The notes beneath the pieces are model-generated. The model made no database searches. It was not told the DNA's origin and was given only the letters and a program-made list of their open reading frames with translations. DNA of 34,021 bases from the IMG/VR virus record IMGVR_UViG_3300031519_007630, positions 1 to 34,021 of that record; one strand, given 5' to 3'. The stretch is from a virus (lineage: Duplodnaviria > Caudoviricetes). Below are positions 7,192-16,771 of the stretch, piece by piece; position 1 is the first letter of the stretch, and each line of letters opens with the position of its first letter. A program made the translations under genes and the position numbers.

Positions 7192-9537
7192 ATGGCACAA
7201 ACTCTAATAAACGTAGGTATAACAGCAAATGACGGATCTGGAGACAGTATCCAAACTGCTGGTGCTAAAATCAATGCTAATTTTAATGATCTTTACGGGC
7301 CAACAGGTGGCATAGCTAGTGTACAACAAACATGGTCAAACAATGTCATTGCCACTGATGAAACAAATGCAAATTTAAATTTATTTGCCCATGGCACAGG
7401 ATCTATAAATCTTGCTAGCATCAAAGTAAAAGGAACAAGTATTTTTTCAGACGATTCTTCTACAATTAATATTAATGATGGACTTTTAGTAGATGGTTCG
7501 TTTACTGCTACAAGCTTCGCTGGCGTTGGATCGGCTTTGACAAACTTCACCATAGAGACAATTGGTGATCTAACAGCCACAGGATCAACAATCAACACGC
7601 CTTCCAACGCTGATCTAACTTTTGCATTTTCTGGCACTGGTTCGTTGGTTTTGCCTGCTATTACAATCGAAGACAACAACATTGTAGGCACAAGAACAAA
7701 CGAAGATATTCATTTGTTTGCCAGTTTATCTGGTGCTGTAAATGTTACAGATATCACAATTGATTCAAGTTTTAGACTTATAGACAATGAAATATCAGCA
7801 ACTAGAACAAATGACAACCTAGTTCTTAATCCTGCAGGTACAGGATCAGTCGCTGTCAGCAATATAGATGCTAACTCAGGCACAGTTGACGGCACAACAT
7901 TAGGTGCAACTACACCAGACGCGGCTACATTCACAACACTGTCAACAACAACTTTCAGCACAACTGGTTTAACAATTACAGACAATGAAATAAGTGCCAC
8001 AAACACAAACGACACTTTAAAATTTAATGGTAGTGGAACAGGAACAGTTTTAGTAAATGGATTTACTCTTCCAACTTCTGATGGTTCAAGCGGACAAGTG
8101 TTAAAAACTAACGGAAGTGCTGTATTATCATTTACAAGTTCTCCAATTTTGTTAGGTGAATCTACAATAGTAGACAACCAAACAACTATTAGTTTTAAAA
8201 CACTAACAGACATTGATCATGTTACTGCCACAGGCACTCATGAATTAATTCAATCTGGTGCCACAGTCATAAACGAGTTTGCTACTTCAAAATATGACAG
8301 TGCATTTTATTTGGCAATAGCTAGAGATGACGATGCTGGAAATTTTGAAGCGGCCAAATATTCTTTAGTACATAACAACAGTGATGCTTTTGTAAGTGCC
8401 AGTAACCTAGTCAAATCTGATGACAACAATTATTTGACTGTGACAGCAGACGTCAGTAGCAGTAAAGCAAGATTAATAGCATCAGGGGCCGGCACAGACA
8501 TGAATGTTAAATTTTATAGATTGGGATTGGGTGATGGTGATTCAGGAGGTTATATCAGTGAGGATACAACCAATGCTGTGACAGTTCTTAACACAGACGT
8601 AGATTCTGCTGTAGAAAATCTTGATTCGTGGGCTATAGGAACATACAGAGGGGCAAAATATTTTATTTCAGTCAACGATGCGGCAAAAACTGAACTAGGT
8701 AATCTAGAAGTTTTAGCGGTGCATGACGGCACAAATGCCTTTGTAAACACTTACAATATTGTAAACACAGGCAATAATGATTTATTAACAATCACTGCCG
8801 ACATTGACAGTGGCAATTTTAGACTTAGAGCGTCAGGCAATACTCCAAATTTAAGAGTGCATATGTATAGAATACTTTTAAAAGACAACGAGTCAACATC
8901 CACAGGCACAAATGTAAGAATAATTGGAGCAGTGACAGTATCAAGCACAGCAACAGCAGTTGATACATTTGACACAGGTACCTATCAAGGTGCACACTAT
9001 ATTTTTGTTGGAAGCAATTCTGGAGAAGCATCAGGATCCATACAGGAGGCCACGGTTGTTAGTAACGGAACAACAGCACTTATATCACAAGGACCTGTTG
9101 TAAGCACCAAGAGCACAGATCAATTAATTTTTAGTGCAGATCATTCTGGCACAACAACAACGGTCAAAGCGGCTAGTACCTCAGGCAGTTCAACCACTGT
9201 AAATGGATACAGGGTACAATTGGCTAGAGCGGCAGGATCTTCCACATCACAGCAGACACTCGATAGTTTCACAGCCACTAGCTTTAGATCGGCAAAATAC
9301 AATGTGCAAATTGCGGATGATACAGGAGGAAATTATGAATTTTTTGAACTTAACTTGACTCACAATGGAACAACTCCTTTCATAAGTACGTTTGCTAGAA
9401 TTGGTGACAGTGATCCAAGTGATCTTGTGACTATTTCAGCTGACATTAACAGCGGCAGTGTCAGACTACTTGGCACATTAACAGGTTCAACCAACGACCA
9501 TGTTGTCACAGTAGTAAGGAGAATTTTAAACGTATAA
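7192..9537 (+). CDS. tail fibre/baseplate protein 2 with four tandem C-terminal gp9-like domains
   Basis: N-terminal INVG..ANDGSGD...KINANF.DLY (gp10-like anchor). Four copies of the D.F...Y..A.Y...E....H.GT domain. Confidence 0.8.
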   Translation: MAQTLINVGITANDGSGDSIQTAGAKINANFNDLYGPTGGIASVQQTWSNNVIATDETNANLNLFAHGTGSINLASIKVKGTSIFSDDSSTININDGLLVDGSFTATSFAGVGSALTNFTIETIGDLTATGSTINTPSNADLTFAFSGTGSLVLPAITIEDNNIVGTRTNEDIHLFASLSGAVNVTDITIDSSFRLIDNEISATRTNDNLVLNPAGTGSVAVSNIDANSGTVDGTTLGATTPDAATFTTLSTTTFSTTGLTITDNEISATNTNDTLKFNGSGTGTVLVNGFTLPTSDGSSGQVLKTNGSAVLSFTSSPILLGESTIVDNQTTISFKTLTDIDHVTATGTHELIQSGATVINEFATSKYDSAFYLAIARDDDAGNFEAAKYSLVHNNSDAFVSASNLVKSDDNNYLTVTADVSSSKARLIASGAGTDMNVKFYRLGLGDGDSGGYISEDTTNAVTVLNTDVDSAVENLDSWAIGTYRGAKYFISVNDAAKTELGNLEVLAVHDGTNAFVNTYNIVNTGNNDLLTITADIDSGNFRLRASGNTPNLRVHMYRILLKDNESTSTGTNVRIIGAVTVSSTATAVDTFDTGTYQGAHYIFVGSNSGEASGSIQEATVVSNGTTALISQGPVVSTKSTDQLIFSADHSGTTTTVKAASTSGSSTTVNGYRVQLARAAGSSTSQQTLDSFTATSFRSAKYNVQIADDTGGNYEFFELNLTHNGTTPFISTFARIGDSDPSDLVTISADINSGSVRLLGTLTGSTNDHVVTVVRRILNV

Positions 9538-10826
9538 TGACACAACAGACACTTAACACAGGAACACAGGCAAACGACGGTACAGGCGATTCATTGCGAG
9601 CGGCAATGATAAAAGTCAATGACAATTTTACAGAACTTTACAGTTCACCTTTGTTGACCAGTGCAATAATTGTAGAAGGCAATGAAATACGAACTACCAG
9701 AAGTAATGAGGACCTTGTTTTACAGGCGGCCGGCACAGGAAGTGTTGTTGCAGACGCATTAAGTTTTAAAGGCACGTCAATTAGTTCCGCTGATTCAACC
9801 GCGGTAAACATAAATGATGGACTTGTAGTGGACGGCACTGTTACAGCAACAAGTTTTGCTGGTGATGGAAGTGCTCTTACAGGATTAACAACAAATGCTA
9901 TTAGTGATTTGACTGTAATAGGTTCAACTATTACTGCACCATCTAATGCAGACATAACTTTAGCACCAGGAGGCACAGGCAAAGTTGTTTTGTCTGCCAT
10001 ACAGATTGACGACAACAATATAGAAGGCACAAGAACAAACGACAATATCAATATTACACCCAATGGCTCAGGACAAGTAGTTGTCAACAGACTTTTAGTA
10101 GACGGAAATATCCAATTTGAGGACAATGAAATATCAGCAACAGTAACCAACAGTGATTTAGTTATTAATCCATCTGGCACAGGATCTGTGGTCATGTCTA
10201 AAGTAGACATTGACAGTGGCGCAATTGATGGCACAACTGTTGGAGCTTCTTCAGCTGAATCAGGTGTGTTTACATCAGTCACTGCAAATACAAGTGCAAC
10301 AGTTGATGGTGTTACTTTATCCGACAATGAAATTACTGCCAATGCTACAAATGCCAATTTAGTTTTGACCGGTAGCGGCACAGGCGGAGTTACTATAAGT
10401 GGATTTACTTTTCCAACCAGCGATGGAAGTAGCGGACAATTTATCAAAACCAACGGAGCAGGAGTTTTAAGTTTTGCCACTGCAGGTGCAACTTTAAGTC
10501 ATAGTACAATAGCAGACGGCACAACAACTGTATCAGCATCTACTATAACAAACATAGACACTTTTGCCAAAGCAACTTTTAGAAGTGCAAAATATATTGT
10601 TTCAGCGGTAAATGCGGCTGATACTAGATTTGAAATTTTTGAAGCTAACATCACTCATGATGGCACAAATGCATTCTTAGCAACATTTGGTTCAACGACA
10701 AGTGGAACAGAAGGACTTGGAACTTACAGTGCTGACATAAGCGGTGCTAATGTGCGTTTACGTGTTGTATCTATTACAGACGACGATGTGGTGTATAAAT
10801 TCCAAAGAATCGCAGTAAACGTATAA
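9537..10826 (+). CDS. tail fibre/baseplate protein 3, paralog of protein 2 with one C-terminal domain
   Basis: ANDGTGDSLR...KVNDNFTELY anchor. Colinear with 7192-9537 up to PTSDGSSGQ..KTNG..VLSF. Confidence 0.8.
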   Translation: MTQQTLNTGTQANDGTGDSLRAAMIKVNDNFTELYSSPLLTSAIIVEGNEIRTTRSNEDLVLQAAGTGSVVADALSFKGTSISSADSTAVNINDGLVVDGTVTATSFAGDGSALTGLTTNAISDLTVIGSTITAPSNADITLAPGGTGKVVLSAIQIDDNNIEGTRTNDNINITPNGSGQVVVNRLLVDGNIQFEDNEISATVTNSDLVINPSGTGSVVMSKVDIDSGAIDGTTVGASSAESGVFTSVTANTSATVDGVTLSDNEITANATNANLVLTGSGTGGVTISGFTFPTSDGSSGQFIKTNGAGVLSFATAGATLSHSTIADGTTTVSASTITNIDTFAKATFRSAKYIVSAVNAADTRFEIFEANITHDGTNAFLATFGSTTSGTEGLGTYSADISGANVRLRVVSITDDDVVYKFQRIAVNV

Positions 10827-10857
10827 TATTTTTACATTAGGTTTATAAAATTTTCAA

Positions 10858-10863
10858 TAAATA
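10858..10863 (+). promoter_or_regulatory. late-type promoter box TAAATA
   Basis: 7 nt before ATG 10871. Confidence 0.6.
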
Positions 10864-10870
10864 ACTGCAA

Positions 10871-12685
10871 ATGGCAAGACAAACGATCAATATAGGTACT
10901 AATGCAAACGACGGAACAGGTGATCCGTTAAGAACAGCATTTGATAAAATCAACGACAACTTTTCAGAGTTGTATGGTGGCGATGATGATGCTTCTTCGC
11001 TTTTAGAAAACGACACAGCACCAAAAATTTCTGCAAATTTAGACGTCAATAACTTTCAAATTACCACAGACGTTACCAATGGCAATGTAACCATTAACCC
11101 AAATGGCACAGGAAATGTTTCGATTGCTGGAGTCAACATAAAAGGAACAACAATTTTTTCAGATGATTCAACTTTCATTAACATCAACGAAGGATTAATA
11201 GTTGATGGTACAACTGCGGTATCTGGTGCATTAAGTTCAGCAACAAGTTTGGCATTGGCCACTGGTGCAACTGTCACAGGCATAGCAGACGAAGACGACT
11301 TAACTTCTAACAGTGCAACACTTTTAGCAACACAACAGTCAATCAAAGCATACGTTGATGCAACTGTCACAGCACAAGATTTAGATTTTGGCACTGATGA
11401 TTCAACTGCTTTAACTATTGATTTAGATTCAGAAGTTTTACAATTTTCTGGAGGTACTGGTATATCTACATCAGGTAGTACAAATACAGTGACTTTTGCA
11501 ATTGATACAGGTACGGTTGTAACAAAAACAGACACACAGACTTTAACAAATAAAACATTGACATCACCAACTATTGATGCACCTACAATGACTGGTACAG
11601 TAACTATTGATAATGTTACTATAAATGATTCAGAAATTTCAACGTCATCTAATGCAAACCTAAATGTAAATCCAGGTGGTTCGGGTACTATAGAACTTGA
11701 AGCCGCAACAAACATTACTGGAAACACAAACATCACAGGTGATTTAACTACTGACGATATTACAACAGCAGGCACACAAACAATCACAGGTACTTTGATT
11801 GTAGACGGCGTCACAATTAAAGATAACAAAATTACAACTAACGCCTCAAACGCAGTTTTACAAATTGCGGCAAACAGTTCAGGAACGGTTGATGTACAAA
11901 ATGCAATGACCACAATTGGTCAAACAGTGACAGGTACAGAAACAATCACTGGACAACTAAACATCGATAATTTAAGAGCAGACGGAAACACAATTTCAGC
12001 TACAAATACAAATGGTGGTATTGTAGTCACTCCAGCTGGTACAGGAACAATTACTTTAAACGGAAATTTTGTTGCTGTAACCAATGAGTTATCGGCAAAT
12101 GATGTAGCAATTGGTAGTGAATTATTATTAGCAGACGGTGCACAAATAGTACAAGTTTCAACAAACTCAGATTTAACTTTAGTAACAAGTGGTACAGGGT
12201 CAGTTACAACTTCATCACAGTTAACTTTAACTGGGTCATTTAAAAAAGCCATACACACATTTGTAGCTACTGATTCTGTCACAGAAATAGAACACGCAGG
12301 TAGAACACTTTTACTTGGTGAAGTTGGTGGAAATGCAAACGTTGTTTTAACAATGCCAGATGCAACAGGTTCAGGTAACATTTACGAATTTATAGTAAGT
12401 GTTGCAATGGGTGGTTCTACTACCTACAAAATTCAAGCCGCTGATGCTAATAATACATTCTCAGGACAGATACAATACTTGGATGAAGATGGCACAGCAG
12501 TTTCAGCTTTCCCAACAGTTTCGGCAACAGACACGATCACACTTAACAGTGGCACACAAGGCGGGCTTATAGGTGACACAGTTACATTAATTGACATAGC
12601 CGCAGACAAATACGCAGTCAAAGGTCAAATGAGAGTTGCTTCTGGAACAGATCCAGCTACACCATTTACTGCCGCAGTAAGTTAA
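10871..12685 (+). CDS. tail fibre/baseplate protein 4
   Basis: INIGTNANDGTGDPLRTAFDKINDNFSELY (T4 gp10-like N-terminus). Shares cassettes with protein 1 but has a different C-terminal domain. Confidence 0.8.
   Translation: MARQTINIGTNANDGTGDPLRTAFDKINDNFSELYGGDDDASSLLENDTAPKISANLDVNNFQITTDVTNGNVTINPNGTGNVSIAGVNIKGTTIFSDDSTFININEGLIVDGTTAVSGALSSATSLALATGATVTGIADEDDLTSNSATLLATQQSIKAYVDATVTAQDLDFGTDDSTALTIDLDSEVLQFSGGTGISTSGSTNTVTFAIDTGTVVTKTDTQTLTNKTLTSPTIDAPTMTGTVTIDNVTINDSEISTSSNANLNVNPGGSGTIELEAATNITGNTNITGDLTTDDITTAGTQTITGTLIVDGVTIKDNKITTNASNAVLQIAANSSGTVDVQNAMTTIGQTVTGTETITGQLNIDNLRADGNTISATNTNGGIVVTPAGTGTITLNGNFVAVTNELSANDVAIGSELLLADGAQIVQVSTNSDLTLVTSGTGSVTTSSQLTLTGSFKKAIHTFVATDSVTEIEHAGRTLLLGEVGGNANVVLTMPDATGSGNIYEFIVSVAMGGSTTYKIQAADANNTFSGQIQYLDEDGTAVSAFPTVSATDTITLNSGTQGGLIGDTVTLIDIAADKYAVKGQMRVASGTDPATPFTAAVS
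11225..11380 (+). repeat. 156-bp cassette shared with 5161-5316
   Basis: Second copy, offset 6064 nt. Confidence 0.9.
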
Positions 12686-12698
12686 TCATAAAACTCCA

Positions 12699-12704
12699 TA
12701 AATA
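12699..12704 (+). promoter_or_regulatory. late-type promoter box TAAATA followed by AAGGAG SD
   Basis: Intergenic, upstream of ATG 12729. Confidence 0.55.
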
Positions 12705-12728
12705 TCCTTGTAAAGGAGTAAGTTCAAT

Positions 12729-15275
12729 ATGGCCTCACCGGTCTGGAAAACTACAGCAGGTTTGCTTGGTATAATCAACGAACGTGATTATTATTCAGTG
12801 CAATTGACAGCAGAAGATGCTGACAGCACTGCCTTGACTTATTCCAAAATAGCAGGAACCTTACCTACAGGAATTGAACTTACCTCCACAGGTTTACTGC
12901 GTGGTGTGCCGACGGAGGTTGCAACAAGATCCCTTTACACTTTTGTTGTGAGAGTCTCCGACGGTACAAATATTGCTGATAGAACTTTTAATTTACAGGT
13001 ACAAGGTGCTGATGCTCCAACTTTTACTACAGCCAGTGGACAATTGGATCTTTCTGATTCTACTAGACTTAGTAATAGATGGGTATTGGACGGATCGTTT
13101 ATAAGTTTCACAATGGAAGCAACTGATCCTGACACTGCTACAGGTCAAACTTTGGTATATGATCTTATAGCGGGAGAATTGCCGCCAGGAGTAACCATTA
13201 ATGAGTCAGGACTAATTTCCGGAACAATAAAATTAACAGACAACGAGTTACTTGGTAACATTGGCGGATATGATAACACATATGATTTTGACGATATAGA
13301 ATATGATCCAACTGTAAGAACTACATCAAGGTCAGTAAACTATGTTTTTACAGTAAGAGTTTCAGATGGTTCCAATACAGAAACACAACAACAAAGTATA
13401 TTTGTTTATACAGCAGATTTTTTTAGAGTTGACAATGATAGAATATCAATTGATGCTACAGAAATAGACGGCAGTCCATTATTGATGAGCATGAGTGGCA
13501 ATAGAAGACCTATATTTGAAACTGACAGTGCTTTAGGATCATTTAGACATGACAATAATGTTGTTATTAAAATTGATGTTGTAGACTTTGACAGTCTACA
13601 AGGAGACTTAACTTATTCAATACAGGCAGGATCGTTGCCTACAGGTTTGACTATTGATACTGCTACAGGTGAAATATCAGGCAAGTTGGGCACACAATTA
13701 GCTGTATCTGTTGATTACAATTTCACAGTAAGAGCTTCTAGAACCGATGGCGCTGGAGTTTCAACATTATCAGACAAAAACTTTAGTATGACAGTTATTG
13801 GAGAAATAGATATTGGAGTTACATTTACAAGTGCAACTGACCTTGGGTCAATAATTGCAGGCATTCCTAGTTTAGTAGCTGTAGAGGCAACAACTGATGA
13901 AACTAATAGAGTTTTAGAATACTCAGTAACTTCTGGTAGTTTACCTAATGGTCTAACTTTGTCTTCATCGGGTAACATAATCGGTACAATAGACAAAACT
14001 GAATTTACGACCGTTGATAACAACGACATTACATTTGATACAAACAGTTTAAGTTTTGATAGAAAGTATACATTTACTGTATCTGTTAATGATCAGTATC
14101 AAACACTTTCAACTGCTAAAGAATTTAATTTAAAAGTAAGTTTACCATACGGAGTAGAGTATGGAAATATGATAGCACAAGGATTGATTCCAAGTGCAGA
14201 TAGAGATTTATTTTATCAAGTGGCACAAGATCCTGATATTAACTCAGAAGAAAATATATTTAGACCGGAAGACAACAGTTTTGGAATACAAACAAATCCA
14301 GAAATGCTTTTAATGTCTGGCCTAGAACACAAAACACTCAATGTTCTTCAAGCACAAATGGAAAAGAACCACACACCAAAAACATTATATTTTGGAGATT
14401 TAAAAACAGCAGTTGCCAAACAAAATGGTTCAACAGTTTATGAAGTAGTTTACTTAGAAATGCAAGACAATTTAGTAAACTCGTCAGGTACAAGTGTGGC
14501 ATCTGAAATAACTTTAAGAAGTGATATTGTAAGACCATCTATTGGTCCTTTGGCTGACGCAAATAGAATCACTACAGATTTTGATGTTTATGACATAACA
14601 ACCGATAGCGGTTTAAGTTTTAGTATAGCAGGATCTAAAATTAGATATGCCAATCAACTCACAGCAGATACTGGTATTTTTGAAAAACTTTTTCCTAATG
14701 CTGTTGCAAATATGAGATCACAAATGAAGTCATTAGGGCAAAGAGAATATGTGCATTTACCATTGTGGATGAGAACTAGTCAGAATTCAAGTGGTGTACC
14801 TTTAGGATACAAAATGGCCATAGTACTTGCATATTGTAAACCAGGCAAATCGGGTATAATTAAAAAGAGAATCACAGATAAAAGCATTGACTTCAAAAAA
14901 CTTAACTTTACAATAGACAGATACAGAACTAATATTAATCTTGTTGACACAGGCACAATTACCACAGATGGTTCCACAAGCAGTTTTGAATTGAACGAAA
15001 TAGTACATGACGAAGAAGTTAAAATACGTCAAAACAGCACAGTTTTAAATTTTGGTAATACTATTAGAGCAGATAATAGTGCATCTCCAACTTACTTGTC
15101 GGCAGATACATTATTGAGGTCTGCAGATTTTGAACCTAACTTTAGTCTAGTACACAACAAGACAAGCAAAAAAACCACTGTAAATTTTGCAAATGCGCCG
15201 GCATCAACCGCTAAGATAAGAGTGGAACGTAAAGGTGATAAATATCTAGCGTTTAACAAGAAAATAAAAGAATAA
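12729..15275 (+). CDS. large virion structural protein with putative Ig (He_PIG-like) repeats
   Basis: Four G.LP.G..(I/L)...G.(I/L).G repeats (GTLPTGIEL, GELPPGVTI, GSLPTGLTI, GSLPNGLTL), each followed by Y.F.V. Confidence 0.75.
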   Translation: MASPVWKTTAGLLGIINERDYYSVQLTAEDADSTALTYSKIAGTLPTGIELTSTGLLRGVPTEVATRSLYTFVVRVSDGTNIADRTFNLQVQGADAPTFTTASGQLDLSDSTRLSNRWVLDGSFISFTMEATDPDTATGQTLVYDLIAGELPPGVTINESGLISGTIKLTDNELLGNIGGYDNTYDFDDIEYDPTVRTTSRSVNYVFTVRVSDGSNTETQQQSIFVYTADFFRVDNDRISIDATEIDGSPLLMSMSGNRRPIFETDSALGSFRHDNNVVIKIDVVDFDSLQGDLTYSIQAGSLPTGLTIDTATGEISGKLGTQLAVSVDYNFTVRASRTDGAGVSTLSDKNFSMTVIGEIDIGVTFTSATDLGSIIAGIPSLVAVEATTDETNRVLEYSVTSGSLPNGLTLSSSGNIIGTIDKTEFTTVDNNDITFDTNSLSFDRKYTFTVSVNDQYQTLSTAKEFNLKVSLPYGVEYGNMIAQGLIPSADRDLFYQVAQDPDINSEENIFRPEDNSFGIQTNPEMLLMSGLEHKTLNVLQAQMEKNHTPKTLYFGDLKTAVAKQNGSTVYEVVYLEMQDNLVNSSGTSVASEITLRSDIVRPSIGPLADANRITTDFDVYDITTDSGLSFSIAGSKIRYANQLTADTGIFEKLFPNAVANMRSQMKSLGQREYVHLPLWMRTSQNSSGVPLGYKMAIVLAYCKPGKSGIIKKRITDKSIDFKKLNFTIDRYRTNINLVDTGTITTDGSTSSFELNEIVHDEEVKIRQNSTVLNFGNTIRADNSASPTYLSADTLLRSADFEPNFSLVHNKTSKKTTVNFANAPASTAKIRVERKGDKYLAFNKKIKE

Positions 15276-15276
15276 T

Positions 15277-15843
15277 ATGGCAAGCTCAATAGTACCAGGT
15301 AACATAGACGGAACGTTCCCAATAGCAGGACAGGACAATTCCTCACAAGGTTTTAGAGACAATTTTACAGCAGTAAAAAATAATTTTACAACTGCATCTT
15401 CAGAAATAACAGACTTACAGGCTAACAAAGCCAGCACAAATGCCGCTAGTAGCTTTGGCGACAACATTGTATCAAGAATGGCAATGAAAGACAATTCAGA
15501 AGTAGTTTTCGCTCAAGGATCTGTGTCTACTGGCACAGTAACAATGAATCATGAGAATGGTAATTTTCAAACATTGACTTTAACAGGCAATGTTACTTTT
15601 GCTTTTAGTAATTTTCCTGCTTCAGATAATCTTGGTAGAATTATTTTATTTTTGTCAGTGACTAACAGTGCTGTAACAGCTATTACTTTGCCAAGTTCCG
15701 TTAAAAAAGCATCAAACGTACATGGCTCTGATGGTTCATCAGTAACACTTAATCCAGGTATAGGTAATTATATGTGGGAATTCATGACCACTGATGGTGG
15801 AACAACTATCTATATGCATCAACTAGGCACAGACTACGCCTAA
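15277..15843 (+). CDS. putative virion structural protein
   Basis: N-terminal PIAGQDNSSQGFRDNF...NF helix, beta-rich body, TAAATA at 15239-15244, located in the structural cluster. Confidence 0.6.
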   Translation: MASSIVPGNIDGTFPIAGQDNSSQGFRDNFTAVKNNFTTASSEITDLQANKASTNAASSFGDNIVSRMAMKDNSEVVFAQGSVSTGTVTMNHENGNFQTLTLTGNVTFAFSNFPASDNLGRIILFLSVTNSAVTAITLPSSVKKASNVHGSDGSSVTLNPGIGNYMWEFMTTDGGTTIYMHQLGTDYA

Positions 15844-15858
15844 TAATTAGGAGGTACC

Positions 15859-16113
15859 ATGTACTTTCATCCTCTCCAAGAAGAACTAGACAACATGAAG
15901 GAAGAAGATCTGGGTAACCGAATTCGTGAACTTACAAAAAAATTAGCAAGTGCAAGACGATTTGGTCGAAATCCAGAACTTCAAGCACAGTTACAAAAGG
16001 CCTTAATTGCATATCAACAAACCTTAAGACAGAAAAGACTCAAAGGTTGGATTGACACAAACAAAAAAAATAGAGGCGAGCCAGATCTTGGCGAATTGAT
16101 AAACGTAGAATAA
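15859..16113 (+). CDS. hypothetical coiled-coil protein
   Basis: Strong AGGAGG SD; helical, charged sequence. Confidence 0.75.
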   Translation: MYFHPLQEELDNMKEEDLGNRIRELTKKLASARRFGRNPELQAQLQKALIAYQQTLRQKRLKGWIDTNKKNRGEPDLGELINVE

Positions 16114-16123
16114 TAATTACTAC

Positions 16124-16771
16124 GTGTCAAAAAAATACTTTAGTTGGAGCACCGGATTTAAATCTATAATTGTTGTTGACAATGAATTGTTTAACAATGA
16201 CTACACAGTAAAATTACACATTACTCCTATTACTACTAACCTAGAAGAACAGGGAGATTATTTTGAAAGATTGAAAATGCTTTTTGAAAGTATATTCAAT
16301 AACACAATAACAGCCTATAGAGATGAAAAACTTTATACCATCTTGGAAAAAGAAACAAACAACAGATTTATTCAACTGCCCAAGCCGCCTTATGACCAAC
16401 TGATGGCCGCAGTATGTTTTACCAAAGCAAATGCTGTTTTACAAGGAAAAATTATAATACATGAGCTTGAATTAAGCAGTTACCAAGGTGATGGTATTAC
16501 CTACAAAATTGTCAAAGAAGGACCAGAGATTCAGTTGTTAGACATTGACAATTGGTTTCCAACAAAGTATAATAGTTTTGATCCATGGTGGTTAAGACCG
16601 GATACAGCAACTTATGATAAAGTTTTACCCAAAGGCATTTATACAGGACACTATCGTTGGCACAACGAAGATGCTGTTGTTTCTGATGTTGACAAAGAAC
16701 ACTCAGAAAATGCTAAAATATTTGAGTTTAATCCAAAGGTTTTAGATGGCGGAAAAGATAAAAATAAATGA
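16124..16771 (+). CDS. hypothetical protein, possibly a degenerate QueD/PTPS-like T-fold
   Basis: GTG start. Spacing of NDYTVKLHI...FERLK...F...LPKPPYDQLMA...ELELSS parallels QueD, but the His ligands are absent. Confidence 0.6.
   Translation: MSKKYFSWSTGFKSIIVVDNELFNNDYTVKLHITPITTNLEEQGDYFERLKMLFESIFNNTITAYRDEKLYTILEKETNNRFIQLPKPPYDQLMAAVCFTKANAVLQGKIIIHELELSSYQGDGITYKIVKEGPEIQLLDIDNWFPTKYNSFDPWWLRPDTATYDKVLPKGIYTGHYRWHNEDAVVSDVDKEHSENAKIFEFNPKVLDGGKDKNK

Noticed and set aside
4737-15032. Many long minus-strand ORFs (up to 285 aa) opposite the fibre and Ig-repeat genes
   Set aside because: They are antisense shadows of Thr/Gly/Asp/Asn-rich codons, giving Val/Pro/Ser-rich text with no motifs, SD or promoter.
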